In this document: positions 23,295 to 33,016 of the stretch, piece after piece
How positions within the stretch are numbered: the first letter of the stretch is position 1
Layout of the letters: each line of letters begins with the position of its first letter
Assembly: GCA_945859975.1 (NCBI GenBank)
Contig: CAMAPH010000022.1
Location: 1 to 47,061, forward strand
Reading direction: 5' to 3'
From: Chthonomonas calidirosea
Lineage (GTDB): Bacteria > Armatimonadota > Fimbriimonadia > Fimbriimonadales > Fimbriimonadaceae
DNA: 47,061 bases
Notes under the pieces: model-generated
Told to the model about the DNA's origin: nothing
The model's database searches: none
The model's input: only the letters and a program-made list of their open reading frames with translations
Made by a program: the position numbers and the translations under genes

Positions 23295-24785
23295 CTACCG
23301 CTGAAGTTCGCCGTAATAGGTGGTGACGCTGGATGCCTCGACGGAACCGGAAAGGCTGGCAACCGGTCCGGGCGTGGCTCCCACCAGTTTGGTGTTTTCG
23401 GATTCGCTGGTCCGGAAAACGTTGACGTTCCGCAGCCGGCGTGCGCCCTTCATATCAAGGTCGAGCTTGGTCGAGACGGAGTTCGTATTCACCACCACGG
23501 CGGCAAATTTCCGCATGGATGGGTCAGCAAAGGTGGTGACGAAGACCCCTTTCTTGGGTTGCCCCTGGGTACTGACCACCCGCCACCCCGGCCGAACAAA
23601 TCGGCTGTACTGAGCCATCGCCCAAAGCAACTTGGCGGGCCGGTTGTCTTGCATGAGCGAAGAACTCCACCAGAAGACGAACGCGTTCAGGTTTGACTGC
23701 GTGAAATCTTGGTGCATCACTTTGGCGACCACCAGCGCTCGATTCATTTCGCTGGTGCCGTTGAAGGCGGACATATTCCATTCCGTCATCCAAACCTGCT
23801 TCCGAAGCGCGGCGGAGGCTTCGAACCGGTTGGGCTGATAGTTGTCTTGATCGGTGAAGAGGTTGGCGAGGTTACCGCCCATGCTCCAGGGACCGTATTC
23901 GTACTGATGCCCGGCGGCGATCTGAACCAGATTCCGCGTTGCTGGATCGGCGTAGACCTCGCTCAAGTGCGAATCCTTAAAGTTGTTATCCTCGGCGGCC
24001 ATGATCTTCAGCCTCGGATTCAATTTCCAAACGCCTTTTCGCGTGAACTGCTTGTTGAGCACGAGCAGGAAATCGTGAAATTGTTTGGGCGTCCAGTCGC
24101 ACGACTCGTAGTCGCAGTCGAAGCTCGGTTCGTTTTGCAGCGAGAGTGAATAGAGCGGGTAACCCATCTTGGCCTTGAACCCCAGCACGTAGTCCGCAAG
24201 TAGATCCGCGTAATCTTGATAGTGGGCGGGGTCCAGATAACCGCCGACCTCTGGCTTGGTCGCATAAGAAGCTTCGGTCAATCGGTTTTGGCTCTGCTCT
24301 TCAGGGGGAGTCGGACTCTTCCAGCGGTCGTTCGGATTATTGGGCGGGGTCCAAGGGCTGCTGAAAACCTTGGAGAGTTGGTAATCCGGATTGGCGGTGA
24401 CCTCGGCGAGCAGCTTTCGGGTCGCGACTAGATCCCAGTTGTCCCAGTTCAGCTTGAATTTTTTGTACGTCCCCTGCTTGTCCTGAACCGTAGTGAACAC
24501 GTACGCCCCGTCTCGCTTTTCGAGAAACTGATCGTCCAGCTTTGGGTTCTCGCGAAAGGGGATGCGGTTGCGCAGGATTGAGAATCCCGCCCCTTTCGAC
24601 ACGCTGAAAAACGCGTCCATAGTGCCCGCTCCGACCGGGAGATTGCTCCATGCCGAGGAAAATCCAAACCCATCCACCGTCTGCAATGGCCGGCTGAAGT
24701 CGATGGTCACGCGCTGACTCTGCCCAGCGGGAACGGCGTCTGCCGTAACGGGAGCCAGAACAAAGAGGAGAGAGGTCAGAAACAT
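23295..24785 (-). CDS. GH30 family glycoside hydrolase (xylanase-like), secreted
   Basis: QTVDGFG, GAGFSILR, FSSPWTPP, SLQNEP (acid/base), VWMTE (nucleophile), QYSRFVRPG. Confidence 0.87.
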   Translation of the reverse strand: MFLTSLLFVLAPVTADAVPAGQSQRVTIDFSRPLQTVDGFGFSSAWSNLPVGAGTMDAFFSVSKGAGFSILRNRIPFRENPKLDDQFLEKRDGAYVFTTVQDKQGTYKKFKLNWDNWDLVATRKLLAEVTANPDYQLSKVFSSPWTPPNNPNDRWKSPTPPEEQSQNRLTEASYATKPEVGGYLDPAHYQDYADLLADYVLGFKAKMGYPLYSLSLQNEPSFDCDYESCDWTPKQFHDFLLVLNKQFTRKGVWKLNPRLKIMAAEDNNFKDSHLSEVYADPATRNLVQIAAGHQYEYGPWSMGGNLANLFTDQDNYQPNRFEASAALRKQVWMTEWNMSAFNGTSEMNRALVVAKVMHQDFTQSNLNAFVFWWSSSLMQDNRPAKLLWAMAQYSRFVRPGWRVVSTQGQPKKGVFVTTFADPSMRKFAAVVVNTNSVSTKLDLDMKGARRLRNVNVFRTSESENTKLVGATPGPVASLSGSVEASSVTTYYGELQR

Positions 24786-25105
24786 GGGTGATCCGGTTCG
24801 ATTTACCTTCGCAAATCGTGATGATAATCTACATCAATCCTGGAGTTTATTGACCGAAAAGCAGCGGATGCAGCTGGACATCGCCCGTATCACGCCGGCT
24901 TTCCGATGGCTCAGGTCTCCGTTATTTGCAAACATTGGCTAGCCTTGCCCTGGTAGATAACTTTGCGTTGCTTGGCCCAATCGCCGAGCAAAGCCCGTAC
25001 GCTGCCCTGGCGGAAGGTGGATCTAGTGGCTGGCTAAGCACGAGTGCAGGCGCCACCAACATCGCCTGGGTCGTGGATGTTACATATGACAGAATATGAC
25101 GCACG

Positions 25106-25558
25106 ATGACCCTGCCAGAGCCCGTTGAGTTTGTCGAGTTTCTTGCGCCCTATCCCGTAGCCACCCAGACGTTAGCGCGGGCGCTACGACAACGCTTGGT
25201 CGAACTTCTGCCGCCCTGCATCGAAACCATCTGGGACGCCACCAACACCGTCGGCCCCTCCTACGGCTTCACCGAGAAAAACGCCGACCACTTCATCCAC
25301 CTGCCGGCCTACACCAAATACGTCAACATCGGATTCACCCAAGGCGCGTCGCTCACGGACCCAGAAGGCCGCCTGCAAGGCAGCGGCGCAAAGATTCGGC
25401 ACATCAAACTCACCCGCGCCGAAGATCTAGATGACCCGTAACTCCACGATCTGATCCGGCAAGCCGTCGATTCAGCCGTGCAAGTCCCCGAACCCGTCGA
25501 GGCGAGGACGATTGTCCGCGTAATGGACGGTCCTAAACGCCGACCAAAGCCGAGCTAA
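25106..25558 (+). pseudogene. DUF1801-like protein with premature TAA at 25439-25441
   Basis: YVNIGFTQGASLTDPEGRLQGSGAKIRHIKL; the frame continues past the stop (LHDLIRQAV...KRRPKPS) to TAA 25558. Confidence 0.7.
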
Positions 25559-26205
25559 ACCCCGCCCCAAGCCCACTCCAAACCGCCCGGAAGCACCGCG
25601 CTGCTGTACTCAATGTGCAGCACCCGCCGATGATCCACCCGCGTCGCCCGCGGCGAACCGTGGAAAACCAGCGGCCGCATCCAAATCAAATCGCCAACCT
25701 CTGCCGTAAGCGTCACCGCCGTCGCAATCTCGGCTTCGGAAGGATAATCGCGAAAGCCGAGTAGATGACTGCCCGGAATCGCCTGCAGCGGTCCATTATC
25801 CGCCGGACAAGGGTCCAGGTGGATTCTCAACGCAACGCATAATTCCAAAACCTCCACCGGCGGCAGCGTGTGTGCCACGTTCTCTTTCACGCTCCAAGCC
25901 GAAAACCCCGGCACCTCTGGCTTAGCCTCCCGAACCGCAATCTTCGTATCCTGATGCCACCCCAGATTCCAATTCCGCCCCGCAACCTTATCAAACAAAA
26001 TCCCCCGCACCGGCCGCGCGTCTCCATTCACCAGGGTGTCCGCCAATCCCTTCAACCGAGGATCAACTGCCAGCGCCGCGCACCACTCAAACTCCAAGAG
26101 CCCCCGAGAACCCGCCTGCCCGTCCAAATCCGGAAGCCGCCCCTTAATTGCGGCTACTTCCTCAAGACTGAATAACCCCGGAACAAGCCCGTACCCAACG
26201 TCCAC
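25555..26205 (-). CDS. Phytanoyl-CoA dioxygenase family (Fe/2OG) protein
   Basis: WHQD, RIHLD...NGPL..IPGSH, HGS, RRVLHIEY; GTG start 6 nt after TATCAT. Confidence 0.88.
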   Translation of the reverse strand: MDVGYGLVPGLFSLEEVAAIKGRLPDLDGQAGSRGLLEFEWCAALAVDPRLKGLADTLVNGDARPVRGILFDKVAGRNWNLGWHQDTKIAVREAKPEVPGFSAWSVKENVAHTLPPVEVLELCVALRIHLDPCPADNGPLQAIPGSHLLGFRDYPSEAEIATAVTLTAEVGDLIWMRPLVFHGSPRATRVDHRRVLHIEYSSAVLPGGLEWAWGGV

Positions 26206-26223
26206 CAACCTATGATAGCGGCA

Positions 26224-26589
26224 TCACGCTTGCGCCGATGGCGCCTTACGGAGGGATTCAACTTTCACAAAAATCTCCGCCGGTGGACCGTCGAAGTACT
26301 TCAGCAGCGCCGGACAAAGCCAAGCCTCCTGCCCAAAAGCTTCGCAATAGTAGGTGTTGCCGCTCAACTCCGGCCGACGCCATTCCAACTTAATCGTCGC
26401 GCCGGGGAATTCACCCGCCGAAAACACCATCCGAAAACCCTGCTCCGGCGAGTCAAACCCCTCCGTCGCCACATCAATCAGCGAATCCGCCCCCGCAACA
26501 AACGGCTCATGCACCAACCCCCGAGCCTCATCATCAAATACCCACATATCCAGATGCTTGTACGGCGCGATGACAAACAGAGAATTCAT
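26224..26589 (-). CDS. DUF6717 family protein
   Basis: VIAPY...WVFDD..GL..EPFVAGAD...FSA..FPG...WLCPALLKYF. Confidence 0.75.
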   Translation of the reverse strand: MNSLFVIAPYKHLDMWVFDDEARGLVHEPFVAGADSLIDVATEGFDSPEQGFRMVFSAGEFPGATIKLEWRRPELSGNTYYCEAFGQEAWLCPALLKYFDGPPAEIFVKVESLRKAPSAQA

Positions 26590-26664
26590 AAAATTTCACC
26601 TCGGCGGCCCTGACAAAAGAGTCCGCGATGTCTCGATTATGAGCCAAGTGCGCGGCTCTTTCTG

Positions 26665-27021
26665 CTATGAGAATGCTAAAGACGACTGATTCAGTAGCTC
26701 GCTCACAACCGCGATCAGCTCTCGTACAGACTGACCGGCCAGTTCGTACACCGCTTCCGGATCAGCGACGTCATACCCGTGAACTAGGATATTGCGAAAG
26801 CCAATAATGCCCCTGGCATCAGGAATTAGATCGAGGACGTTCGGCTCGAATCTTTGAATCCGAATGAGGGTTTCACCAACGATGATGAATTGCCTTTCGA
26901 CCGCCGATTGCTTCTCCCACTGCTCCAAGAATTGCTCTACGGTCAATTTGTAGACCGCACGTTCAATCAGCTCGCAAGCTCTAAGCAAGTCCTCAAGGCA
27001 CACGCGAGTCTCAAGCCGCAT
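26665..27021 (-). CDS. HepT-like HEPN ribonuclease toxin (DUF86)
   Basis: AVERQFIIVGE and GFRNILVHGY (R-X4-H-X-Y); overlaps the MNT gene. Confidence 0.88.
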   Translation of the reverse strand: MRLETRVCLEDLLRACELIERAVYKLTVEQFLEQWEKQSAVERQFIIVGETLIRIQRFEPNVLDLIPDARGIIGFRNILVHGYDVADPEAVYELAGQSVRELIAVVSELLNQSSLAFS

Positions 27022-27328
27022 AGAAATCTCGTGCCTGACGGTCAACCACTTCGCGGAACCTAGCGTTGCGCAGCTGAGCCACGTTCACAACATCCACCTT
27101 CCGTCCCAAAAGGCTTTCTAAGGCTAGCTTCAATCCGACCAAGCGATCTAACGGCGGCAACATCTTCGCTTCCACTCCGTAATCAACCAGGAAATCAAAA
27201 TCACTCGATTCTTCTCTCCAGTCCGAAGAAAGCGCACTGCCAAACACCCTCAGCCGCTCGACCGCATATCGCCGGCATAGTGCCGCGATCTCGTCTCGGT
27301 TGGTTGCCAGCACTTCAAGAGCATTCAT
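27011..27328 (-). CDS. Minimal nucleotidyltransferase antitoxin (MntA-like)
   Basis: VFGSA-X9-DFDFLV and LESLLGRKVDVV. Confidence 0.88.
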   Translation of the reverse strand: MNALEVLATNRDEIAALCRRYAVERLRVFGSALSSDWREESSDFDFLVDYGVEAKMLPPLDRLVGLKLALESLLGRKVDVVNVAQLRNARFREVVDRQARDFYAA

Positions 27329-27613
27329 TTGAGAATTCCGTCTGCGGCCTTGGGGTGTCGATCCTCCAAAGCGCTCGTTCCGGTTTTAGATACATGGTCC
27401 AAAACCTGCTCTTCTCATTCTACAGTCGCCACAAGCAGATTCCCAAACTTCCTGAGTCTAAGTTAGAGTGAAATGGGGCCGACAGCGGCGAAATCGACCT
27501 AGTATATAAATTTTTACCTGCAATGAATTGTCTCTCGAAGAGGTGCTACGACCCAGAAACCCGGCGTTAACTCTGAATCGACTTGTCCGGTGGTAGAGTC
27601 CATTTACGTCCGC

Positions 27614-28699
27614 ATGATCACGCCGCCTCCTATCATAACTGCGAAAAGACGTTCACCTTGGATAATCCCTTCGCTGATCCTCGCTGCCGGACTGTCGGTA
27701 GGGTTCGTGTTCTTTCGCGGAGTTTTCACGGCTCCAGCGATCACTGAGGAGGACTACCTACAGAATGTCAAGGAGACTCCGGTGACATTAGGCGAGCTCG
27801 GCTTCACGGGATCTGTGATCGCAAATCGGCGAAATACGTTAACTCTCTACACTGCCGACGAAGAATCAACGTTCTACTCGACGCCTTGGAGAATCATGAA
27901 TCTAGCTGGTCCGAACAAACTAGGGCATCTTGTTGTATTTGAGATCAACCAAGCCACGGACGAATACCGGTTTATTCTGGTGGACTTTAATTCGGGCACC
28001 ACAAAGATTGCGGATAAAGGTGTTGGCGATGTTATCTGGAACCATGTCGTGGGTGAAATGACAATGCATCCCGAGGAAGACAAAGTTGTCTACTTCAGCG
28101 GAACGGGTAATCGACAGTATCCGGGTGCCTACATGGAGATCGGTAAGTTGGTTCAGCTAGACTTGACAACTCAGGCTAAGTCCGAACTCGCAAATGAAGT
28201 TGTGGAGAACGAATTTACTTTCTCCGCCACAGGAAGCTCACTCTTCTATACTCGCTCAACGGCAGACGCCGAGCCGCAAATCGCTCAGAAGATACTAAAG
28301 ACTGGCGTCGTAAAGTCCTTGGGTGCAGGCTGGAGCTGCTCCTTATCCTTTGATTCCAACTCGCTCGTCGTGTTCGATCAGGAAAATGCACCAGCGCGCT
28401 CCCTCAACCTCAAGTCCGGCGTGTGGAAGCCGCTAGAGCGCAACGACTACTATTTCTGGCCCCTAGCCACGCTTTCAGATTCGCTTGTCCTGGCCGAGAG
28501 TTTGCCCCTCACCAAAGAAACTGCCCGGTACTTTCCCCCGACGGGCTCGATCTCTGGTGCACACCTAATGATGCGACTCGGCGTTTTCGAACCGAAGAAG
28601 CAGCGCGCGGCAATTCTGCGAACCGATCTAGATCGATACGAACCAGTGGCGTCCTCTGGCCAAACGCTGACAGCGAAGGCGTTTAAGACCAAGTTGTAG
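27614..28699 (+). CDS. Membrane-anchored hypothetical protein, probable TolB-like beta-propeller
   Basis: N-terminal TM; blade-like motifs (MHPEEDKVVYF, FSATGSSLFY, LSFDSNSLVVF). Confidence 0.65.
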   Translation: MITPPPIITAKRRSPWIIPSLILAAGLSVGFVFFRGVFTAPAITEEDYLQNVKETPVTLGELGFTGSVIANRRNTLTLYTADEESTFYSTPWRIMNLAGPNKLGHLVVFEINQATDEYRFILVDFNSGTTKIADKGVGDVIWNHVVGEMTMHPEEDKVVYFSGTGNRQYPGAYMEIGKLVQLDLTTQAKSELANEVVENEFTFSATGSSLFYTRSTADAEPQIAQKILKTGVVKSLGAGWSCSLSFDSNSLVVFDQENAPARSLNLKSGVWKPLERNDYYFWPLATLSDSLVLAESLPLTKETARYFPPTGSISGAHLMMRLGVFEPKKQRAAILRTDLDRYEPVASSGQTLTAKAFKTKL

Positions 28700-28810
28700 A
28701 GAAAGCAAACTCGAAGTTGGCCACGGACACGGTACTCGCGGGTGGGATTTCATAAAATTGTGAAGCAATTGTCGATTAGGCAGACAAGAGCAACCCCTTA
28801 TACTCAAGCC

Positions 28811-29782
28811 ATGCCCGCACCGACGGATCCGAAACCACCCGAAAAGTCAGCCCAGGCAAAGTCATGGATGCAGATTGGCTCGGCCAGCCTGCTCGTCATA
28901 CTGGCCGCGCTCTATGCCTTTCGGCCCGCAATGACAACCGCGATAACAACGTGGCCCGCCGCCGTGGGCATGTTCCTCGGCATCGGCATCGCCATGTTTG
29001 CCCGCCGACCGCGACGCTGGCTCATTTTTGGCTGGCTCGCATTCGGATTGATCTTCGTCGAAGAGTTCCGCTCCCTTCCCCGAGGGCTATTGCCGGCTCC
29101 AAATCGAGATTTTCGTGTCGTAACCCTCAACTGTGCGGGAGGATCAATCCTTGCCGCCGCCGAGGTCAAAGCGCTCCAACCAGATCTGGTTCTGCTTCAA
29201 GAATCCCCCTCTCACCCAGATCTGGAACGCCTTGCCCAAGACCTTTTCGGCGACTCTACGCTCGTCACTTCGGGCCCCGACGCCGCGATCCTAGCTCGCG
29301 GAAAGCTCACCACCATCCCACGCCCTCGACGTATCGGAAACTTCGTGGCCGCCCGATGGGAACCCGCCCCGGGCCAAAGCATCGACGTCGTCAGTCTTCG
29401 GCTCGCCCCGCCGGTTCTCCGCTTCGACCTTCTCAATCCCGCCGCGTGGCAGGAGTTCTCGCGCAGCCGAGACCAGCGCGGAGAAGAGATGAACCAGATT
29501 TAGCGCGAACTGCAATCGCTAGGCGCCAAGCCCGTGATCATCGGCGGCGACTTCAACACTCCACCCGATGCCGCGATCCAAAAGAATCTCCTCGCAGATA
29601 TGCAAGATGCCTTTGCCGTCGCCGGAGTCGGCCCCGGCGCAACCTGCGTCAACCCGTACCCATCCATCGTCCGCATCGACCAAATCTGGACCACCTCCCG
29701 CGTAGAGTGCGTCCGAGCCTGGGTCGCCACCACGCAAAACTCAGATCACCGAATGCTCGTTGCCGACTATCGCTGGCGCTGA
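28811..29782 (+). pseudogene. Membrane endonuclease/exonuclease/phosphatase family protein with in-frame TAG at 29501-29503
   Basis: VVTLN and DLVLLQE precede the stop; IIGGDFNTP, RIDQIW and SDHRML follow it in the same frame. Confidence 0.82.
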
Positions 29783-29868
29783 AGTCCCCGATCGTAGAGT
29801 TTGCGAAGCGTGAAATCCATGGCATCGGCGATCGTTGGATCGAATGGAAATTCTCGACAGCTCAAGGC

Positions 29869-29910
29869 TACAATGAATCATTCTGTTTACCGACTACGTA
29901 AAGAGAATGA
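29869..29910 (+). promoter_or_regulatory. -10 box and putative antitoxin operator
   Basis: TACAAT (29869-29874) followed by inverted repeat TCATTCTGTTTAC-N7-GTAAAGAGAATGA (12/13 match). Confidence 0.65.
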
Positions 29911-29922
29911 GGAACTCGTTCA

Positions 29923-30255
29923 TTGGAAATCACGTTTGCGACTGCAAAGCTGGCGAAATCCATGAACAGCGATTCCAAGCTGAGCCAAGCCCACGGCGCG
30001 GAATTGGCCAAGCAGATTCGAAAGCGCCTCGACGACCTAGATGCTGCTGCGAGCCTGGAGGATATGCGCTCGTTGCCTGGCAAGTGTGAAGAGCTCTCCG
30101 GCAACCGAGCCGGCGAACTCTCAGTTCATTTGAACAAGAACTGGCGACTCATTTTTAAACCTAACCACAATCCGAAGCCGACAAAAGACGATGGTGGACT
30201 CGACTGGACGCAGGTGACGGCGGTCCAGATATCCGAGGTGATTGACTACCACTAA
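29923..30255 (+). CDS. higB: HigB-like (RelE/ParE superfamily) toxin
   Basis: MEITFAT.KL, RL..L.AA..LED, CEELSGNRAGELSV.L..NWRLIF, EVIDYH; TTG start with GAGG RBS. Confidence 0.85.
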   Translation: MEITFATAKLAKSMNSDSKLSQAHGAELAKQIRKRLDDLDAAASLEDMRSLPGKCEELSGNRAGELSVHLNKNWRLIFKPNHNPKPTKDDGGLDWTQVTAVQISEVIDYH

Positions 30256-30287
30256 GCCACCAAAGACCCAGGGAACTGAAACCAATC

Positions 30288-31370
30288 ATGCCGAACCTAG
30301 AATACAAACCAACGAGCGTCTCGCCACCCGGCGAGACGCTAAGTGACATCCTTGAAGAGCGCGGAATAACGCAAACGCAGCTGAGTGTCCGACTCGGTCG
30401 TTCTGGAAAGAACCTAAGCCAGATCGTGAACGGCAAAGCGCCCATCACTCCTGATCTTGCCGTGGATCTTGAGCGGGTGCTCGGCACTCCCGCTCGGTTC
30501 TGGCTGGCGAGAGAATCTCGGTATCAGGAATGGCTTTCTAGGTCGAGTATTCCCGAGCCAACCGACGCCGATTTAGAGTGGGCGAGAAGTTTCACGTATC
30601 CGAAGATGGCCGAATATGGATGGGTTCCGTCAACCTCAACAGCGCGGGAAAAGTTCTTCAACCTCCTAAATTTTTTTGGTGTGGTCCACCGACAAGCCTT
30701 TCAGGCCTGGGCCGGCAATCTCAGCCCCCAGTATCGGCGCTCAGAAACCGCGATCGACAAAGATCACCTCATCGCCGCTTGGCTTCGCCAGGGTGAACTA
30801 GAAGCTGAAGGCGTGGATGCGGGTGACTACAACGAAAAGGGGTTTGCTGCCGCCGTTGCCCACGCAAGAACCCTAACTTGCTCTCATCCAGAAGACTTTG
30901 TGCCCGAGATAAAGAAGGCGTTTGCCGCCAACGGAGTTGTGCTGTTGTTCGTTCCTGAGTTGCCTTCAATGGGCGTTTCTGGAGCCACACGATGGTTGAC
31001 GCCATCCAAGGCGCTGATCCAGATCACCCTGCGCTATAAGACTAACGATCATCTGTGGTTCACGATCTTCCATGAGTCGTGCCACATCCTCAAGCACCAA
31101 AAGCGGGTTGTCTATCTGGAGACGAATGGAGCGAAGAGTCCCGAAGAGATAGAAGCGGACGAATTCTCGGCCAACCACATGATTCCGCCTGGCCCATTAA
31201 ATAGATTTGAGGAGGCAGGTGTGTTTGATAAAGGATCGGTAGAGGCTTTTGCCGAATCCATTGGCATCTCACCAGGCATCGTGGTAGGAAGGCTCCAGAA
31301 AGAAGGACTGATTCCTTGGGACAGCCTCAATAGCCTCAAGGTCAAGTTCCAGTGGTCGAAGGACTCCTAA
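30288..31370 (+). CDS. higA: HigA-type HTH antitoxin fused to ImmA/IrrE metallopeptidase
   Basis: SPPGETL...ITQTQL...GKAPITPDLA..LE; WFTIFHESCHILKH (HExxH); EIEADEFS. Confidence 0.87.
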   Translation: MPNLEYKPTSVSPPGETLSDILEERGITQTQLSVRLGRSGKNLSQIVNGKAPITPDLAVDLERVLGTPARFWLARESRYQEWLSRSSIPEPTDADLEWARSFTYPKMAEYGWVPSTSTAREKFFNLLNFFGVVHRQAFQAWAGNLSPQYRRSETAIDKDHLIAAWLRQGELEAEGVDAGDYNEKGFAAAVAHARTLTCSHPEDFVPEIKKAFAANGVVLLFVPELPSMGVSGATRWLTPSKALIQITLRYKTNDHLWFTIFHESCHILKHQKRVVYLETNGAKSPEEIEADEFSANHMIPPGPLNRFEEAGVFDKGSVEAFAESIGISPGIVVGRLQKEGLIPWDSLNSLKVKFQWSKDS

Positions 31371-31379
31371 CTCTTAGCT

Positions 31380-32876
31380 ATGCTTAGCAAATCTGATTTC
31401 ACAACGGCACTGGATTGCCCCAAAAAACTCTGGCTCTCTCGTCACCTGCCTGAGCTGAAGGAAGCAATTGCACCCACCGCTCTGCGCCGAATGCGAATCG
31501 GAACCGAGGTTGGCTTGCTGGCGAAGCGCCGGTTTCCTTCTGGCGTCACGATTCCGGTCTGGGAATTGGGAAACGAGGCGGCTGCAGCGAAAACTGAAGA
31601 GTTGATGGCCACGGGACAGGACGTGCTCTTTGAAGCCACGTTTCTGCAGGACGATTTAGTGGCGAGAGTTGACGTGCTGAAGCGAGAGGAATCCGGTTGG
31701 CGAATTATCGAGGTCAAGGCGACGACCAAGTATAAAAAGCCAGGCCACCTCCTGGATGTCGCTTTTCAAGCATCGCTGTTTGCGCGTTGCGGTCATCCTC
31801 TATCAGGGGCATCCTTAATGCACATTGACACCAATTACGTCTGGGACGGCGGTGATTGGCATGTTGACAACCTCTTCAAGATTGAGGAGATCACGGACGA
31901 TGTGGCGAAGATCCTGCCCCAGATTCCCGATCAGGCAACTTCGTTTCTTAATTTGATCAACCAGGCCGAATATCCGCCATTCGATGGCGAAGCACCCTAC
32001 TACGACCCGGTCATTCATTCGTCGTGCAAGGGTTGCGAGTTCGCCAAGCATTGCACACCCCGCGTTCCCGCCGACCACATTCACTATCTCGGACTCCACC
32101 ATTCTCGGAGTAAGAAGCTCTTGGCCGATGGAATCCGAGCAATCGGCGGTGTTCCGAAGGACCTCAAATTGTCGGATACAGAGCGGCTGCGCTACCAGGC
32201 GTTCGTTACTGAGAAGCCAGCAGTTTCGGGCGATCTAGACTCTCGACTTGCAGAGATCCAATATCCTGCTCACTTGATCGACTTTGAAACCCTTAGGCCA
32301 GATCTGCCCCTCTTTGCTGGGCATTCTCCATTCCTGATGCTGCCATTTCAGTGGTCTTGCCACACCTTGAACGCGGCCCCGGATTGGTCCGTGACTGATC
32401 AGTCAATTGGACACACAGAGTTTCTCCACCAGCATCGAAGTGATCCGCGTGAGGCATTCATCCAGAGTTTGCTCGCTCAGATTTCGACCGGCGGAAGCAT
32501 CCTTCATTATCACGACTTCGAGAAGCAAGTGATCAATGAAATGGTCAAGGATCGAGTCCCCGGAGCAGATCAAGTTCAGGCAATGTTTGACCGCTTCATT
32601 GACCTTAGGAAGATCCTTGAGGATTGTTACGCCGACGCCAAGTTCCTTGGCAAAACATCCATCAAGAACGTCCTACCGGTAGTTGCTCCAACCTTAAGCT
32701 ATTCCGGTTTGAATATTCAGAATGGTGATCAGGCGCAAGTCGCCTACGCGAGCATGTTGGCCGGAGAGCTTGGCAATGACCAAGCCAAGCAGTTGTTTGC
32801 CGATCTACTTGAATATTGCAAGCTGGATACTTGGGCCATGGTGGAGATACTCAAGGCGCTATCGGCAGTTGCTTAA
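31380..32876 (+). CDS. DUF2779 protein: Cas4-like PD-(D/E)xK nuclease plus RNase H/DEDD-like domain
   Basis: LSKS..CPKKLWL, ARVDVL, IIEVKAT, DVAFQ, CKGCEFAKHC; IDFET, PFQWSCH, FEK, SIKNVLP, YCKLDT. Confidence 0.82.
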   Translation: MLSKSDFTTALDCPKKLWLSRHLPELKEAIAPTALRRMRIGTEVGLLAKRRFPSGVTIPVWELGNEAAAAKTEELMATGQDVLFEATFLQDDLVARVDVLKREESGWRIIEVKATTKYKKPGHLLDVAFQASLFARCGHPLSGASLMHIDTNYVWDGGDWHVDNLFKIEEITDDVAKILPQIPDQATSFLNLINQAEYPPFDGEAPYYDPVIHSSCKGCEFAKHCTPRVPADHIHYLGLHHSRSKKLLADGIRAIGGVPKDLKLSDTERLRYQAFVTEKPAVSGDLDSRLAEIQYPAHLIDFETLRPDLPLFAGHSPFLMLPFQWSCHTLNAAPDWSVTDQSIGHTEFLHQHRSDPREAFIQSLLAQISTGGSILHYHDFEKQVINEMVKDRVPGADQVQAMFDRFIDLRKILEDCYADAKFLGKTSIKNVLPVVAPTLSYSGLNIQNGDQAQVAYASMLAGELGNDQAKQLFADLLEYCKLDTWAMVEILKALSAVA

Positions 32877-33016
32877 TCGCGCTTCCTACACATTGCCCCT
32901 CTGTACCGGCAAAAGTCGATCAAGTCGGACAGATCAAGCTTGATGCTTTGTCAGCTTGAACATCACGAAGTGTCCATCGTGCCGCTGAGTCTGCGTAGGC
33001 TCGGTACATTCCCAAA

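Noticed and set aside
24790..25100. Short open frames on both strands in the intergenic gap
   Set aside because: About 60 aa with no recognisable family or convincing start signals; may be a remnant but cannot be supported.
25439..29503. Stop-codon reassignment or readthrough explaining the in-frame stops
   Set aside because: The two stops differ (TAA, TAG), and both codons end many intact genes here (e.g. TAG at 10521, 12869, 16717).
28864..29901. 345-aa ORF spanning the EEP stop
   Set aside because: Arg/Pro-rich alternative frame; the EEP motifs are in the other frame.
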